A model generated the notes under the pieces. That model was not told the DNA's origin. It was given only the letters and a program-made list of their open reading frames with translations, and searched no databases. Shown here piece by piece: positions 12,023 to 23,244 of a DNA stretch of 64,000 bases (position 1 is the first letter of the stretch; every line of letters begins with the position of its first letter). The stretch lies in the NCBI GenBank assembly GCA_963674595.2, contig CAXXFV010000006.1, positions 317,219-381,218 of the forward strand, in the 5' to 3' direction. The DNA comes from a bacterium. GTDB taxonomy: Bacteria; Zhuqueibacterota; Zhuqueibacteria; Residuimicrobiales; Krinioviventaceae. Both the position numbers and the translations under genes were made by a program.

Positions 12023-13003
12023 ATGCCCAATCTTGAAACAACATATATGAATTTAAAACTAAAAAATCCCATCATCGTTGCAAGCAGTGGTCTTACAAAA
12101 TCCATTGACCGGTTAAAAGTATGTGAAGAACAGGGAGCAGGGGCTGTTGTTTTAAAAAGTATATTTGAGGAAGTCATTTCAAAAGAAGATTTTGGCCTGT
12201 CGGAATTGACTGAATACCATACAGAAGTTTATGACTATATCCGTTCTAATCTTGAAATGCAATATGGACCTAAAGATTATTGTGATCTGATCGAAAAAAG
12301 TAAAAAGGAACTGTCAATACCGGTAATAGCCAGCATTAATTGTGTATCTGATCAGTGGTGGCCACGATATGCGGTCCAAATTCAGGAATCAGGGGCTGAC
12401 GCACTTGAGCTCAATATTTATTCAACACCTATTGATCCTGGTAAAACCGGTTCTGAAATCGAAAAAATATATATTGAAATAGTTAAAGCTGTTCGCCAAA
12501 AAATTCAGATTCCCATTGCCGTAAAGATAACCAATCAGATTACCTCTTTACCAAACCTGGTGAAACAATTAAGTGATAAAGGTGCCGATGCGGTTGTTAT
12601 GTTTAATCGTTTTACGGAACCTGATATTGATATTAAAACGTTGGATTTGAAAACAACTTTTCATTTCAGCACAGCCAACGAGATGTATAATTCGTTAAAA
12701 TGGATTTCCATATTGTCAGGAAAGACGGATTGCGACCTGGCTGCCACAACCGGTATTCATACATTTGAAAGTATCGTTAAAATGCTATTAGCAGGAGCAT
12801 CTGCTGTTGAAATTGCATCTGTGCTCTATAAAAATGGCGTTGAGAAAATTTCTCTATTTATTAAAGAGATTGAAAACTGGATGCAAAGTAATAATTTTAA
12901 CACAATAGAACAATTTAAAGGAATGGCCAGTTTGCAAAAAACCGAAAAAACTGATCATTTTTTAAGGGCTCAGTTTATTGATAAAATAAGAGGGTATGAA
13001 TAG
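12023..13003 (+). CDS. Dihydroorotate dehydrogenase-like flavoprotein
   Basis: LKNPIIVASS, GAGAVVLKSIFEE, PVIASIN, ADALELN and FNRF motifs. Confidence 0.85.
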   Translation: MPNLETTYMNLKLKNPIIVASSGLTKSIDRLKVCEEQGAGAVVLKSIFEEVISKEDFGLSELTEYHTEVYDYIRSNLEMQYGPKDYCDLIEKSKKELSIPVIASINCVSDQWWPRYAVQIQESGADALELNIYSTPIDPGKTGSEIEKIYIEIVKAVRQKIQIPIAVKITNQITSLPNLVKQLSDKGADAVVMFNRFTEPDIDIKTLDLKTTFHFSTANEMYNSLKWISILSGKTDCDLAATTGIHTFESIVKMLLAGASAVEIASVLYKNGVEKISLFIKEIENWMQSNNFNTIEQFKGMASLQKTEKTDHFLRAQFIDKIRGYE

Positions 13004-13103
13004 TATACAAGGTTAAAAGCACCTGTTATACACTTACTAATCTTGCAAAATATTTACCTGACTACCTGTAATCAAAAATTATCTTATTATAGGAAAAAAG
13101 TAT

Positions 13104-16100
13104 ATGATAAAAGAATCAAAATACATTATTATTTTTATTATATATACTTTACTCTCGGTAAACAGTCTATTTGCCCAGTATCCCCGGATAAACTTTAGGA
13201 GTTTATCAACAGACGATGGTTTGGCAAATAATTCAACGCATTGTATTTTACAAGATAAACAGGGTTATTTATGGTTTGGTACAATTGATGGATTAAATCG
13301 TTATAATGGAAATTCATTCAAAGTATTTAAACATGATCCGGATGATCCCGCATCCATAAGCTCAAATGATATTCGTTGCTTATATATTGATAATCAGGAC
13401 AGGTTATGGGTTGGAACATTAGATAATGGATTAAATTTGTTTGATTATGAAACTGAAAAGTTTACTCATTTTCATCATAATCCGGATGATTCCACATCTC
13501 TATGTCAGGCTCGTGTATCAGCAATTGCCCAGGATGGAAATAATGATTTATGGGTCGGTACATATGAAGGTCTGAATAGATTTGATGCTGAAAATAATTG
13601 TTTTGAGCATTTTTTTACAGGAATTTCAAATCATCCTCTTAAAACTTATGAAATAATTCTTGATTTGTTTAAAAGCCATGACGGAAATTTATGGATCGGA
13701 ACGAGTTTTGGATTAAAAAAATATGACATTAAGGAACACAAATTTATAAATTATGAATATCTTACAAATGAGCCGGGACAATTTATGTTTGGCTCTGTTA
13801 ATACAATTTGTGAAGATATGAATAATGAAATTTGGCTTGGAACTGCCGGGTTTGGTGTTTATAAATTTAATCCTCAAAATGAAAAAGTTAAAATTTACAA
13901 ACATATAATAAATGACTCTGTAACCCTGGTTAATGACAGAATTTCAAGTCTTTTTCATGATTCTCAAAATCGTATTTGGGTCGGCTCGCGAAAAGGACTG
14001 GATCTTTTTGACGAAAAAACTGAGAGTTTCGAGCACATGCCCTATGAACCTCATAATCCGTTGACTTTGACGGATCCCCGGGTTTTCGATATTTATCAAG
14101 ATTCTAATGGTGTTTTATGGGTTGCCACTGGAAAGGGAATTAATTTATTACCCAACTATTCCAAACATTTTTATACCTTTCAAAAGAAAAATTATAATAA
14201 AAATTCTCTTAGCGGATATAGCGTTTCCGCAATTTTGTATGAAAATGAAAGTAAATTATGGATTGGTACATCATACTCCGGGTTAGATAAATATAATTTT
14301 AAAACAAACAAGTTTGAACATTATTTGGCAGATCCAAAAAAATGAAAATAGTTTGAGTAATAACAAAATTAGGTCAATATATAGAACCCGGGAAGGTTTA
14401 CTATTGATTGGCACCTATGGCGGGGGCCTCAATATTTTTGATGAAAAACGGAACCGGTTCCATCAATTTAAAAATATTCAAAACGATTCGTCAAGTCTTC
14501 ATCATAATATTGTTCGCTGTATTCATCAGGATAAAAAGGGCAGGATATGGATCGGCACATTACAAGGGTTAACACGTTTTTATCCGGAAACAAAAACCTT
14601 TGTTGATTATTCCTTACGGTTACCGAATGGTGAGAAAGGACTTCGAAAAAATATTTTTGTGATTGATGAAGACAAAGATGGCATTTTATGGGCAGCTACC
14701 TATGGGAAGGGAATAGCCCGTTTTGATCCTGACCAAATGACATTAAAATACTATATGAACGATCCTGATAATATTAACAGTTTGGCTTCCAATAGTTTAC
14801 TTGGTTTAATGTGTGACCATCGTGGAAATGTCTGGGCAGCCACTCATTATGATGGTGTTGACATGTTAAATCCTGCTAAAAATGAATTTGTTCATTTTAC
14901 AACAGAAAATGGTCTGCCGGCAAATAGTACTTTTTCAATACAGGAAGATAATTCAGGGAATGTTTGGATAGGAACCACTCATGGGCTTGCAAAATATGAT
15001 CCTGATTTAAACAATTTTCATGTATTTACTCAGAATCATGGTTTACAAGATAATGAATTTAATACCGGTGCGTATTATAAAAATAAAAATGGTTTTTTGT
15101 TTTGGGGGGGTATTTCAGGAGTAACTTATTTTCATCCGGATAGTATTAAAAACGAGTTTACAATTCCAAAAATTGTTATTGATGATATAAAATTGTTTAA
15201 TGAGTCTGTTAAAATCAATAAAAAGTATCACGGTGTCAAGATACTTGACAGGCCCATTAGTATGTCGCATGAAATTGAGTTAAATTATAAAGATAATGTT
15301 CTCACTTTTGAATTGGCTGTTCTTAATTTTAAAGATCCTCAAAGCAATTCTTATGCTTATTTTATGGAAGGTTTGGAAAAAGTATGGAATTATGCCGGAG
15401 CGCGTAATTTTGCTACTTATTCAAATATTCCACCCGGTCAATATACATTTCATGTTAAAGGCGCTTCGTCGGAAAATGTTTGGAATGATGACGGTGTTTC
15501 TCTCAAGATAATTATCAATCCTCCTTTCTGGCAAACATGGTGGTTTAAGGGTTTATTAATAGTGTCAAGTTTTATATTAATTATATCTTCACACCTTGTT
15601 CGGGTACATCGTATGACAATGCGCCACCTTGAACTTGAAAATATAAATAATCAATTAAACGATCAAATAACTGAACGTAAAAAGGCAGAAGAAGCCCTTC
15701 AAAAAGTTAACGATGATTTGGAAAAAATTGTTGAAGACCGGACTGATGAATTAAAAGAAACCAACCTGAAACTGCTTGTTGAAATTGATGGTCATAAAAG
15801 AGCTGTTTTTGCTTCACAGGTGAGCGAAGAAAAATATCGAATGCTTGCAGAAACCGCCTCTGATATAATTTTTGTGAATGATCAAAATAAAAAAGTAACT
15901 TATATGAATCCTGCGGGATTAAAAATCAGCGGTTACAAAGAATCTGAAATTTTATCAAAATCATTAGAACATTTACTGCCGGTTGAATTTGTTGTTGATT
16001 TTTTTGAAAAAGAAATAAATATATCTAAAAAAGCAACAGGGATACATTTATATGAAACGGAATTTATTAATAAAGGCGGCAAAAAAATACCAATCGAACT

Positions 16101-16830
16101 AAATTCGTCTTCACTTTATAAAGATAAAACATTTACAGGTACTTTAATTGTCGCACGTGATATTACGGAGCGCAAAAAGGCTGAAGAACAAATCCGTTCC
16201 TCTTTAAAAGAAAAAGAAATTTTACTTAAAGAGATTCACCATCGTGTAAAGAATAATATGCAGGTTATCAGCAGTTTGTTGCACCTGCAAAGCAGACAAG
16301 TAAAAGATGATAAAACACAGAATATTTTTACTGAAAGTCAGAACAGAATTAAATCAATGGCATTGGTACATGAGAGATTATACAGATCAGACAACCTTGC
16401 AAAAATTGATTTTAACAACTATATCAGGAATTTAATTGTAACTTTATACCATTCATATAATATTGACCCCAATAGAATTATATTGGACATAAATGTAAAT
16501 AATGTTTTCCTGAGTATTGACACGGCTATTCCATGCGGACTCATTATTAATGAAATAATTACAAATTCTTTTAAACACGCATTTCCTGATAATGCCAACG
16601 GCGTGATAAATATTGAATTTTTCTCCAAAGATGAACGTTATCATTTGATTATTAAAGATAATGGTGTAGGATTACCGGAAGAGGTCAAATCAGATGGTAG
16701 CCAGTCACTTGGATTGTTTTTAATCAGCGCTTTAATACGACAGTTGACTGCAGAATTGGAAATAGTTCGGGAGAGTGGAACAAAGTATACTATTACTTTT
16801 ACAGAAGTTAAAAAGAATATATTAGATTAG
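13104..16830 (+). CDS. Sensor histidine kinase: periplasmic two-component beta-propeller repeats + Y_Y_Y + TM + PAS + HisKA_2/HATPase; +1 indel at 14336-14342
   Basis: Many D-x-x-G-x-LWxGT repeats, a YSNIPPGQYTF Y_Y_Y domain, PPFWQTWWF TM, PAS and EIHHRVKNNMQ. The corrected junction reads DPKNENSLS. Confidence 0.88.
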
Positions 16831-16846
16831 ATTTAATAAGGTAGGT

Positions 16847-16885
16847 AAAAAAAAAGGACGATTATAACGATCGTCCTTTTTTTTT
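16847..16885. terminator. Bidirectional rho-independent terminator
   Basis: A9-GGACGAT...ATCGTCC-T9 between convergent genes. Confidence 0.85.
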
Positions 16886-16891
16886 AAATTT

Positions 16892-19081
16892 CTATAATAA
16901 CGAAAATGCAACTGTAAGACCAGCCATCACAATCGAAACCATACTCATTAGTTTGATAAGGATGTTCAAACTGGGACCGGAAGTATCTTTAAATGGATCA
17001 CCAACGGTATCACCAATAACGGCTGCTTTATGAGCATCTGAACCTTTACCACCATGAACGCCGCTTTCGATGTATTTTTTAGCATTATCCCAGGCACCAC
17101 CGGAATTTGCCATGAAAACAGCCAAAACAAAACCGGCTGCCAATCCGCCTGTTAATAATCCCATAACACCTGCAACGCCAAAAATAATACCCATTATAAT
17201 TGGGGTAACAATTGCCAGAATAGAAGGAAGCATCATTTCACGTTGTGCACCTTTTGTTGAAATTTCAACACAGCGTGCATAATCCGGAGTTCCTTCGCCG
17301 CTTAAAATACCTTTAATTTCTCTAAACTGACGTCTAACTTCATCAACCATGCTGGCAGCAGCACGACCAACAGCATTCATGGTCAAACCACAGAACATAA
17401 AAGCCATCATAGCGCCGATAAACATGCCTAAAAGGACTTTAGGATTCATAAGAGTTACGTTGTAGAACTCCATAAAGTCAGCCAAGCCGGCTTCAGAGGT
17501 TTTAATTACACCTCGTGATAATGGTATAGTGACTTCGCCAATTCGAATTAAACCAATTTTTAATTCTTCAATATAAGAAGCTAAAAGAGCAAGGGCCGTC
17601 AAGGCAGCAGAACCGATAGCAAAACCTTTACCTGTTGCCGCAGTTGTATTCCCTAAAGAATCCAATGCATCTGTTCTTTTACGAACCTCGGATCCAAGTC
17701 CGCTCATTTCGGCGTTTCCACCGGCATTATCAGCAATTGGTCCGTAGGCGTCTGTAGCAAGTGTAATTCCAAGTGTGGAAAGCATACCAACAGCGGCAAT
17801 ACCAATTCCATACAATCCCATTGCCATATCATCCATTTTCCATTGAGCGGCTGAAAGATAGGCTAACATAGTACCAACAACTATGGTTAAAACCGGAATG
17901 GCGGTTGACAACATACCTGTTCCGATTCCTGAAATAATAACAGTTGCAGGACCGGTTTGAGCATTTTCAGCAATAATTTGAGTTGGTTTATAAGCTTCAG
18001 AAGTATAATACTCTGTCGCTTTACCAATTAACCATCCTGTAATCAAACCGATAATGATTGAACCCCAAATTCCAAATGGATTTGGTAAGCCGAGTATTTT
18101 GATGATTCCAAGAGAAAAAATAACAATAAGTACGGAACTTACGTTAACACCTTTTCCCAAAGCACCCAAGAGTTCTTTTTGTGTAGCATTTTCTTTAGTT
18201 CTAACAGCAAAAATACCAACAATTGAAAGAATGGTACCAACTGCAGCAATTAACATAGGTGCTAAAACACCTTTATACTGCATTGAAACTCCCTGGCCCA
18301 TAAATGCGGCTGCTCCAAGAGCGGCTGTGGCAAGAACAGAACCGGCATATGATTCATAAAGATCGGCACCCATACCAGCTACATCACCAACATTGTCACC
18401 AACGTTATCAGCGATTGTTGCCGGGTTACGGGGATCATCTTCAGGAATACCTGCTTCAACTTTACCAACCAAATCTGCACCTACGTCTGCTGCTTTGGTA
18501 AAAATACCGCCGCCAACACGTGCAAACAGGGCCTGGGTAGAAGCGCCCATTCCAAATGTTAACATTGTTGTTGTAATGATAATTAATTTATGATGAGGAT
18601 CGGCATCGTTAACAAAATAGTTTAATACGATAAACCATAATGAAATGTCTAATAGTGCCAAACCTACTACTACCAAACCCATGACAGCGCCTGATCTAAA
18701 TGCAACCTGTAAGCCTCTGTTCAAGCTTTCACGGGCAGCATTTGCAGTTCTGGCACTTGCATAAGTAGCTGTTTTCATTCCAAAAAAACCGGCAAGACCT
18801 GAGAAAAATCCACCTGTTAAAAATGCGAACCAAACCCAGCCGTTTTGAAAACCAAAAACCGCCATTAACGCAAAAAGCGCTGTTAAAACTATAAATACCA
18901 TAGTTACAACTTTGTATTGTTGTTTGAGATAAGCCATTGCACCTTTTCTAACGTGACTGGCAATCTCAATCATCTTTTCAGTACCTTCACTTTCACTCAT
19001 TAATTTTTTGAAAAAGTAAAAAGCAAAACCTAATGCAAGAATAGACGCAACTGGTACTATCCAAAATAGTCCGTCAAGCAT
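16892..19081 (-). CDS. hppA: Membrane-integral K+-dependent Na+(/H+)-translocating pyrophosphatase
   Basis: [32 protein letters not shown] (K+-dependent Ala), DLYESY and [10 protein letters not shown]. Confidence 0.96.
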   Translation of the reverse strand: MLDGLFWIVPVASILALGFAFYFFKKLMSESEGTEKMIEIASHVRKGAMAYLKQQYKVVTMVFIVLTALFALMAVFGFQNGWVWFAFLTGGFFSGLAGFFGMKTATYASARTANAARESLNRGLQVAFRSGAVMGLVVVGLALLDISLWFIVLNYFVNDADPHHKLIIITTTMLTFGMGASTQALFARVGGGIFTKAADVGADLVGKVEAGIPEDDPRNPATIADNVGDNVGDVAGMGADLYESYAGSVLATAALGAAAFMGQGVSMQYKGVLAPMLIAAVGTILSIVGIFAVRTKENATQKELLGALGKGVNVSSVLIVIFSLGIIKILGLPNPFGIWGSIIIGLITGWLIGKATEYYTSEAYKPTQIIAENAQTGPATVIISGIGTGMLSTAIPVLTIVVGTMLAYLSAAQWKMDDMAMGLYGIGIAAVGMLSTLGITLATDAYGPIADNAGGNAEMSGLGSEVRKRTDALDSLGNTTAATGKGFAIGSAALTALALLASYIEELKIGLIRIGEVTIPLSRGVIKTSEAGLADFMEFYNVTLMNPKVLLGMFIGAMMAFMFCGLTMNAVGRAAASMVDEVRRQFREIKGILSGEGTPDYARCVEISTKGAQREMMLPSILAIVTPIIMGIIFGVAGVMGLLTGGLAAGFVLAVFMANSGGAWDNAKKYIESGVHGGKGSDAHKAAVIGDTVGDPFKDTSGPSLNILIKLMSMVSIVMAGLTVAFSLL

Positions 19082-19121
19082 TTCCTCTCCTATTTAATTT
19101 ACTTGTTTATTTACTATTTAT

Positions 19122-19901
19122 TTAATAACTAAAACCTACTGTCAATGCTGATCTCCACCATGCATGGTGGTGTTCTTCCAGTTCCTGAATTGATGGAAAC
19201 TGATAATAAATAAAATCTTTTTGATCGCCGATAAAGAAGCCATTTTTTATTGTTCTAAACAAAATGTCTCTTGGCAAAGCACGAATAACTGTTTTGGTCG
19301 GTTTTTCCGGATGTTCCTGTAAGCCAATTAAACAATCACGCAAGTGATCGATATTTGGATAGGGAAGGTTATCAGCCGGGGCCAACATTGGGTCTGTTGC
19401 CAAACCGTTTAAATTTAATTCCACAAAAGCCAATTTAGGTACTGATACAGGATGTTTTCTGTCTGTTACAAATCGACAAAATTCTAATGGATTTAAATTA
19501 CTGGCAATGCGGGGTGTTACAGGTGCCAGTTCCTGGTAAAGGTGTAACTGTTTTTCTGTTTCCGGTTTATATTCACTTTTTTCCAGCTCTAAAACACGAC
19601 CGTCATCAGTAACAAGATAAAAATTACCAATGGCGCTCATTGGAATATGTTCCAGTACACGATAAATGGAAAGATACAACGATCTTTTTGGTTCCCCATT
19701 TGGATGAGGAACACATCGATCTTCAATTTCAGATAATGAAATTTCATTACTCTTGAAACTGGGATCGATTTCAAAGAACATAGCAATGCCTCGTGTTCTC
19801 TTTTTGGTTCCGATAGCGTAATAGTTACCAAATTCGACAGGAGGCAACATTGAAGCCACAAGAGACTCTGGTACGATTGAGAGATACAAATACTTTTTCA
19901 T
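19122..19901 (-). CDS. Hypothetical protein co-oriented and closely linked to hppA
   Basis: 259-aa ORF, with the ATG at 19901 after an AGGAAAGGA RBS, ending 40 bp before hppA. Confidence 0.75.
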   Translation of the reverse strand: MKKYLYLSIVPESLVASMLPPVEFGNYYAIGTKKRTRGIAMFFEIDPSFKSNEISLSEIEDRCVPHPNGEPKRSLYLSIYRVLEHIPMSAIGNFYLVTDDGRVLELEKSEYKPETEKQLHLYQELAPVTPRIASNLNPLEFCRFVTDRKHPVSVPKLAFVELNLNGLATDPMLAPADNLPYPNIDHLRDCLIGLQEHPEKPTKTVIRALPRDILFRTIKNGFFIGDQKDFIYYQFPSIQELEEHHHAWWRSALTVGFSY

Positions 19902-20254
19902 AAGAATTTCCTTTCCTCTTAATGACATATCGGCTGGTTTTCTACTACAACCGTGTTTTTTAATAAAATATTCTGAGGAAATTAAATTTTGTATTTTTTA
20001 TAGTTAAATAATAATTATTTGAACCGGTTCATTATTAAATTCTGTAAATATAACTTTTATTTAGATTAAAGTCAACAATTAACTGTTTTTCAAATCCCCC
20101 ATTTATAACCCAAAATGTCACTTGGCTTAATAATTTTGTTTTATCAAGTGTTTAGATGTGAAGCCGAAAAAGTATAATTTGCGATAAAAATTTAATAAGG
20201 TGAAAAGTTGAGTTTGAGAGAGGGATATGCAGGTGAAAAGGAAAGTTTAAAAAT

Positions 20255-20287
20255 AAAAAAAGGTGATGATTAAAAAATCATCACCTT
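20255..20287 (-). terminator. Rho-independent terminator of the Ca-repeat protein gene
   Basis: AAGGTGATGATT / AATCATCACCTT stem followed by a T-run on the minus strand, directly after the stop at 20296. Confidence 0.75.
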
Positions 20288-20295
20288 AAAAATTT

Positions 20296-20898
20296 CTATT
20301 TATTTGGGCCGTTGCTGCCTTTTTTTCCATTTTCATTATCTTTGTTTCCGTTGGAACCGGAAGTTGAGCCGCTAAATCCACTGCCCATATTTGCGCCTCG
20401 TCCAAGACAATCTTCAGGTTTTACCCAATCAGCATCCTGACCATTTGGGATACCGTCACCATCATCATCCAGCATGCGGTCGTTGATGCCATCACCGTCT
20501 TCGTCAACAAAGCCGGCAAAACCTTTACCCATACCCTTACGGGCGCCGGTACCATCCTGAGGTTTTACATAATCCGGGTCCTGACCATTAGGAATACCGT
20601 CACCATCGAGATCCGGTGCATTGTCATTAATTCCGTCTCCATTTTCATCAACAAAGGTCAAACCTTTACCTTTGCCGGTTCCGGTTCTTACATAGTCCGG
20701 GTCCTGACCGTTAGGGATACCATCACCGTCATCGTCCAGTGCGTTGTCGTTGTAACCATCGCCGTTAACATCAACGAATTTTTTGCTGTTTTCCACAGGT
20801 TTTGATTTTTGTGTTTGAGCAAAAGTTTGGGGTACCAGTAAAAAAAGTACAAACAGAAAAACTGTTGTGATTGTGAAAAGTGTTGTTGTGCGTTTCAT
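20296..20898 (-). CDS. Exported protein with three Dx[DN]xDG Ca-binding (thrombospondin type 3-like) repeats and Gly-rich linkers
   Basis: AGGAG RBS, ATG at 20898 and a signal peptide ending TFA-Q. The repeat FVDx[ND]GDGxND-x3-DxDGDGIPNGQDxD[YW]V occurs three times. Confidence 0.8.
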   Translation of the reverse strand: MKRTTTLFTITTVFLFVLFLLVPQTFAQTQKSKPVENSKKFVDVNGDGYNDNALDDDGDGIPNGQDPDYVRTGTGKGKGLTFVDENGDGINDNAPDLDGDGIPNGQDPDYVKPQDGTGARKGMGKGFAGFVDEDGDGINDRMLDDDGDGIPNGQDADWVKPEDCLGRGANMGSGFSGSTSGSNGNKDNENGKKGSNGPNK

Positions 20899-20950
20899 TT
20901 TACTTCTCCTTTGTATTAAGTTAGTTTGTTGTTGTTTCACTTCTCACTAT

Positions 20951-20966
20951 GGCAACAGGTGTGCCA
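20951..20966 (-). promoter_or_regulatory. Sigma54 (-24/-12) promoter of the Ca-repeat protein gene
   Basis: The minus strand reads TGGCAC-ACCTG-TTGC, a perfect consensus, beside a divergent NtrC-family regulator. Confidence 0.8.
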
Positions 20967-21057
20967 AAAATAAAATCCTTTTTTAATTCTGTTGTAAAAT
21001 TATAAAAAATAACAAATAATAATTATTGAAAGTATTTTAACTTATTATTAAATTTAA

Positions 21058-21102
21058 AATATTTCGACCAAGTGGTCGAAATATTCGGTTATTTGGTCGA
21101 AA
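21058..21102. promoter_or_regulatory. Probable enhancer (bEBP binding sites)
   Basis: Perfect 13-bp inverted repeat AATATTTCGACCA-AG-TGGTCGAAATATT plus an adjacent degenerate copy TTCGGTTATTTGGTCGAA, about 90-135 bp upstream of the sigma54 site. Confidence 0.65.
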
Positions 21103-21199
21103 AAACTCGTATGAAACTTATTTGCGAGATTTTTATCTAATAGTTGTTGTTATATTTATTATATGCATGGGTGCATATTTATAAAGGAAGAAAAGAAAA

Positions 21200-23242
21200 A
21201 TGAATTCTTATTTTCAACATACTAAGGTAAAACGGGCCTTGTCCATTAATAAAAAATCAATAATTATTTTGTTTATTGTTTTGGCTGTTTTACTTGTTTC
21301 ATCAGCTATTATTGAATATAAAAGTTCTAAAAATGAGCTTATTGAAGTTTTGCAGGAGCAATCTCTGGCCCTGGTGGCTTCATTAGAGCAGGGCAGTGTA
21401 AATGCTATTCAATCTTTTCAGGTGGCAGAAGAAATATTGGCTGAAAGGTTATTAGGCCTGGCCCGCTTGATAGAAGAGATTGATTATAATGACAAGCTTT
21501 CTCTGCAATTAATAACTAAAATTGCTGCTGAAAACAATATTTTTAGAATTAATGTCTTTGATAAAAACGGTAATAAAGTAATTTCAAATGCCGGTGGCAT
21601 GGGAACCGGCAGAAATAGCAGACAGAATGCATCTGAATATTTATTGGAAAAAATAAAAAATAATGACGAACTTTTAATAGGCTTTGGTCAAAGGCGATTT
21701 GGAACGGCGCAACGGTTTGCCGTTGCTAAAAAACGTCGTAACGGCGGCGTTTTGGTTTTAAATATTGATGCAACGGAAATTTTAGACTATCGTAAGACTA
21801 TTGGTGCGGGCAAACTTTATAAAGATATTGGTGAAAGTAACGGCATAGAATATACGGTTCTGCAGGATTCTACAGGTATTTTACTGGCTTCGCAAAATGT
21901 TGATTCACTAAGTTCGATCTATTCTGATGAATTTTTACAAAAATCATTGATATCAGGTGAGGCCTTAACGAGGATTTTACTGTTTAAAGGGGTATATGTT
22001 TTTGAGATTGTTAAACCGCTTTATGTAAATGATAATTTTCAGGGTCTGATGCGTATAGGCTTGTCTGCCCAACATTTAAAAGATGTTGAAGCGGGGGCGA
22101 AGGCAAGGATTATTTTAGCATCTATTATTTTATTGATAATCGGCAGTGTTGTTATAGGTTTTGTTATCAGCAATCAAAATTATCATGAATTACAAAAAGC
22201 TTACAGTCGCATCGAGACCTATACGGGCAGTATCCTTACAAACATGAACGATGCGGTTATAGCTGTAGATCATAATGAGAATATCAGCATTTTTAATAAA
22301 GCGGCTGAAAAACTTTTTCAGGTAAACGCCAAAGATATTTTATATAAAAAATGTGATCATACTTTTAAAACATTTTGCCCTTTATTACTCACCGCGTTAA
22401 AAAATAGTGAGAATGATGCACCGCAAATATATAACGTCCATATTAATAACCAGGAGTATATCATTTCTTTAGGCACAACGATAATAAGAAATGATAAGGG
22501 AAAAATTGATACGTCTTTTGCTGTAATAAAAGATATAACAGAGCAAAAAACTCTGGAAGAAAACCTGAAAAGAAAAGACCAGATAACCGCAATGGGCCAT
22601 TTGGCTTCAGGGGTGGCACATGAAATTCGTAATCCGTTAAATGCCATTTCAATTATTGCACAGCGTTTCAGGCAGGAATTTAAACCTGTCAGCGAAGCTG
22701 ATGAATACAATAAACTGGCTTCTTCTATGGTTGATCAAACCCGTCGGATTAATACGATTATACAACAATTTTTGAAAATGGCGCGTCCCGGATCGTTATC
22801 AAAATCGACAACAAACATGAACAACGTTATTAACCAGGTGGTAACATTAATTAAGTCAGTCGCGAAAAGTAAAAATATAAAATTAATTACAAATTGTTCT
22901 GAATTACCTGAAATATCAGTGGATTCGGATATGATCCAGCAGGCATTATTAAATATTGTGCAAAATAGTCTGGATGCCTGCGAACAAAATGATACGGTTG
23001 AGTTGAATTGCGCCACAGTACATGATAATTTGGAAATCAGAATAAGTGATACCGGACATGGTATTTCAAAAGATGAATTGCATAAAATTTTTAATATGTA
23101 TTATACAACAAAACAGGAGGGGACCGGATTGGGTTTATCTGTTGTGCAACAGATAATTTCCTTGCACAACGGAACAATTCAGGTCCAAAGTGAGATAGAT
23201 AAAGGTACTGTATTTATAATTCACCTACCCTTGGCGGAGTAA
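21200..23242 (+). CDS. PAS-containing sensor histidine kinase (ZraS/NtrB-like)
   Basis: Two TM segments, a periplasmic domain, PAS, AHEIRNPLN and N/G boxes (DTGHG, GTGLGL). Confidence 0.92.
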   Translation: MNSYFQHTKVKRALSINKKSIIILFIVLAVLLVSSAIIEYKSSKNELIEVLQEQSLALVASLEQGSVNAIQSFQVAEEILAERLLGLARLIEEIDYNDKLSLQLITKIAAENNIFRINVFDKNGNKVISNAGGMGTGRNSRQNASEYLLEKIKNNDELLIGFGQRRFGTAQRFAVAKKRRNGGVLVLNIDATEILDYRKTIGAGKLYKDIGESNGIEYTVLQDSTGILLASQNVDSLSSIYSDEFLQKSLISGEALTRILLFKGVYVFEIVKPLYVNDNFQGLMRIGLSAQHLKDVEAGAKARIILASIILLIIGSVVIGFVISNQNYHELQKAYSRIETYTGSILTNMNDAVIAVDHNENISIFNKAAEKLFQVNAKDILYKKCDHTFKTFCPLLLTALKNSENDAPQIYNVHINNQEYIISLGTTIIRNDKGKIDTSFAVIKDITEQKTLEENLKRKDQITAMGHLASGVAHEIRNPLNAISIIAQRFRQEFKPVSEADEYNKLASSMVDQTRRINTIIQQFLKMARPGSLSKSTTNMNNVINQVVTLIKSVAKSKNIKLITNCSELPEISVDSDMIQQALLNIVQNSLDACEQNDTVELNCATVHDNLEIRISDTGHGISKDELHKIFNMYYTTKQEGTGLGLSVVQQIISLHNGTIQVQSEIDKGTVFIIHLPLAE

Positions 23243-23244
23243 TT

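Noticed and set aside
1822-16830. Cluster of split genes (indels at about 2565, 4167, 5465, 7294, 8909, 10183, 11072 and 14336; also 61441) as pseudogenes, phase variation or programmed frameshifting
   Set aside because: All are single-base changes in base runs in unrelated, otherwise intact genes, concentrated at one end of the window. This is the signature of long-read consensus error; read mapping would confirm it.
20410-20780. CRISPR-like or tandem DNA repeats
   Set aside because: The repeats are degenerate at the DNA level and in-frame within a protein (Ca-binding repeats). No cas genes or constant repeat-spacer array were seen in the window.
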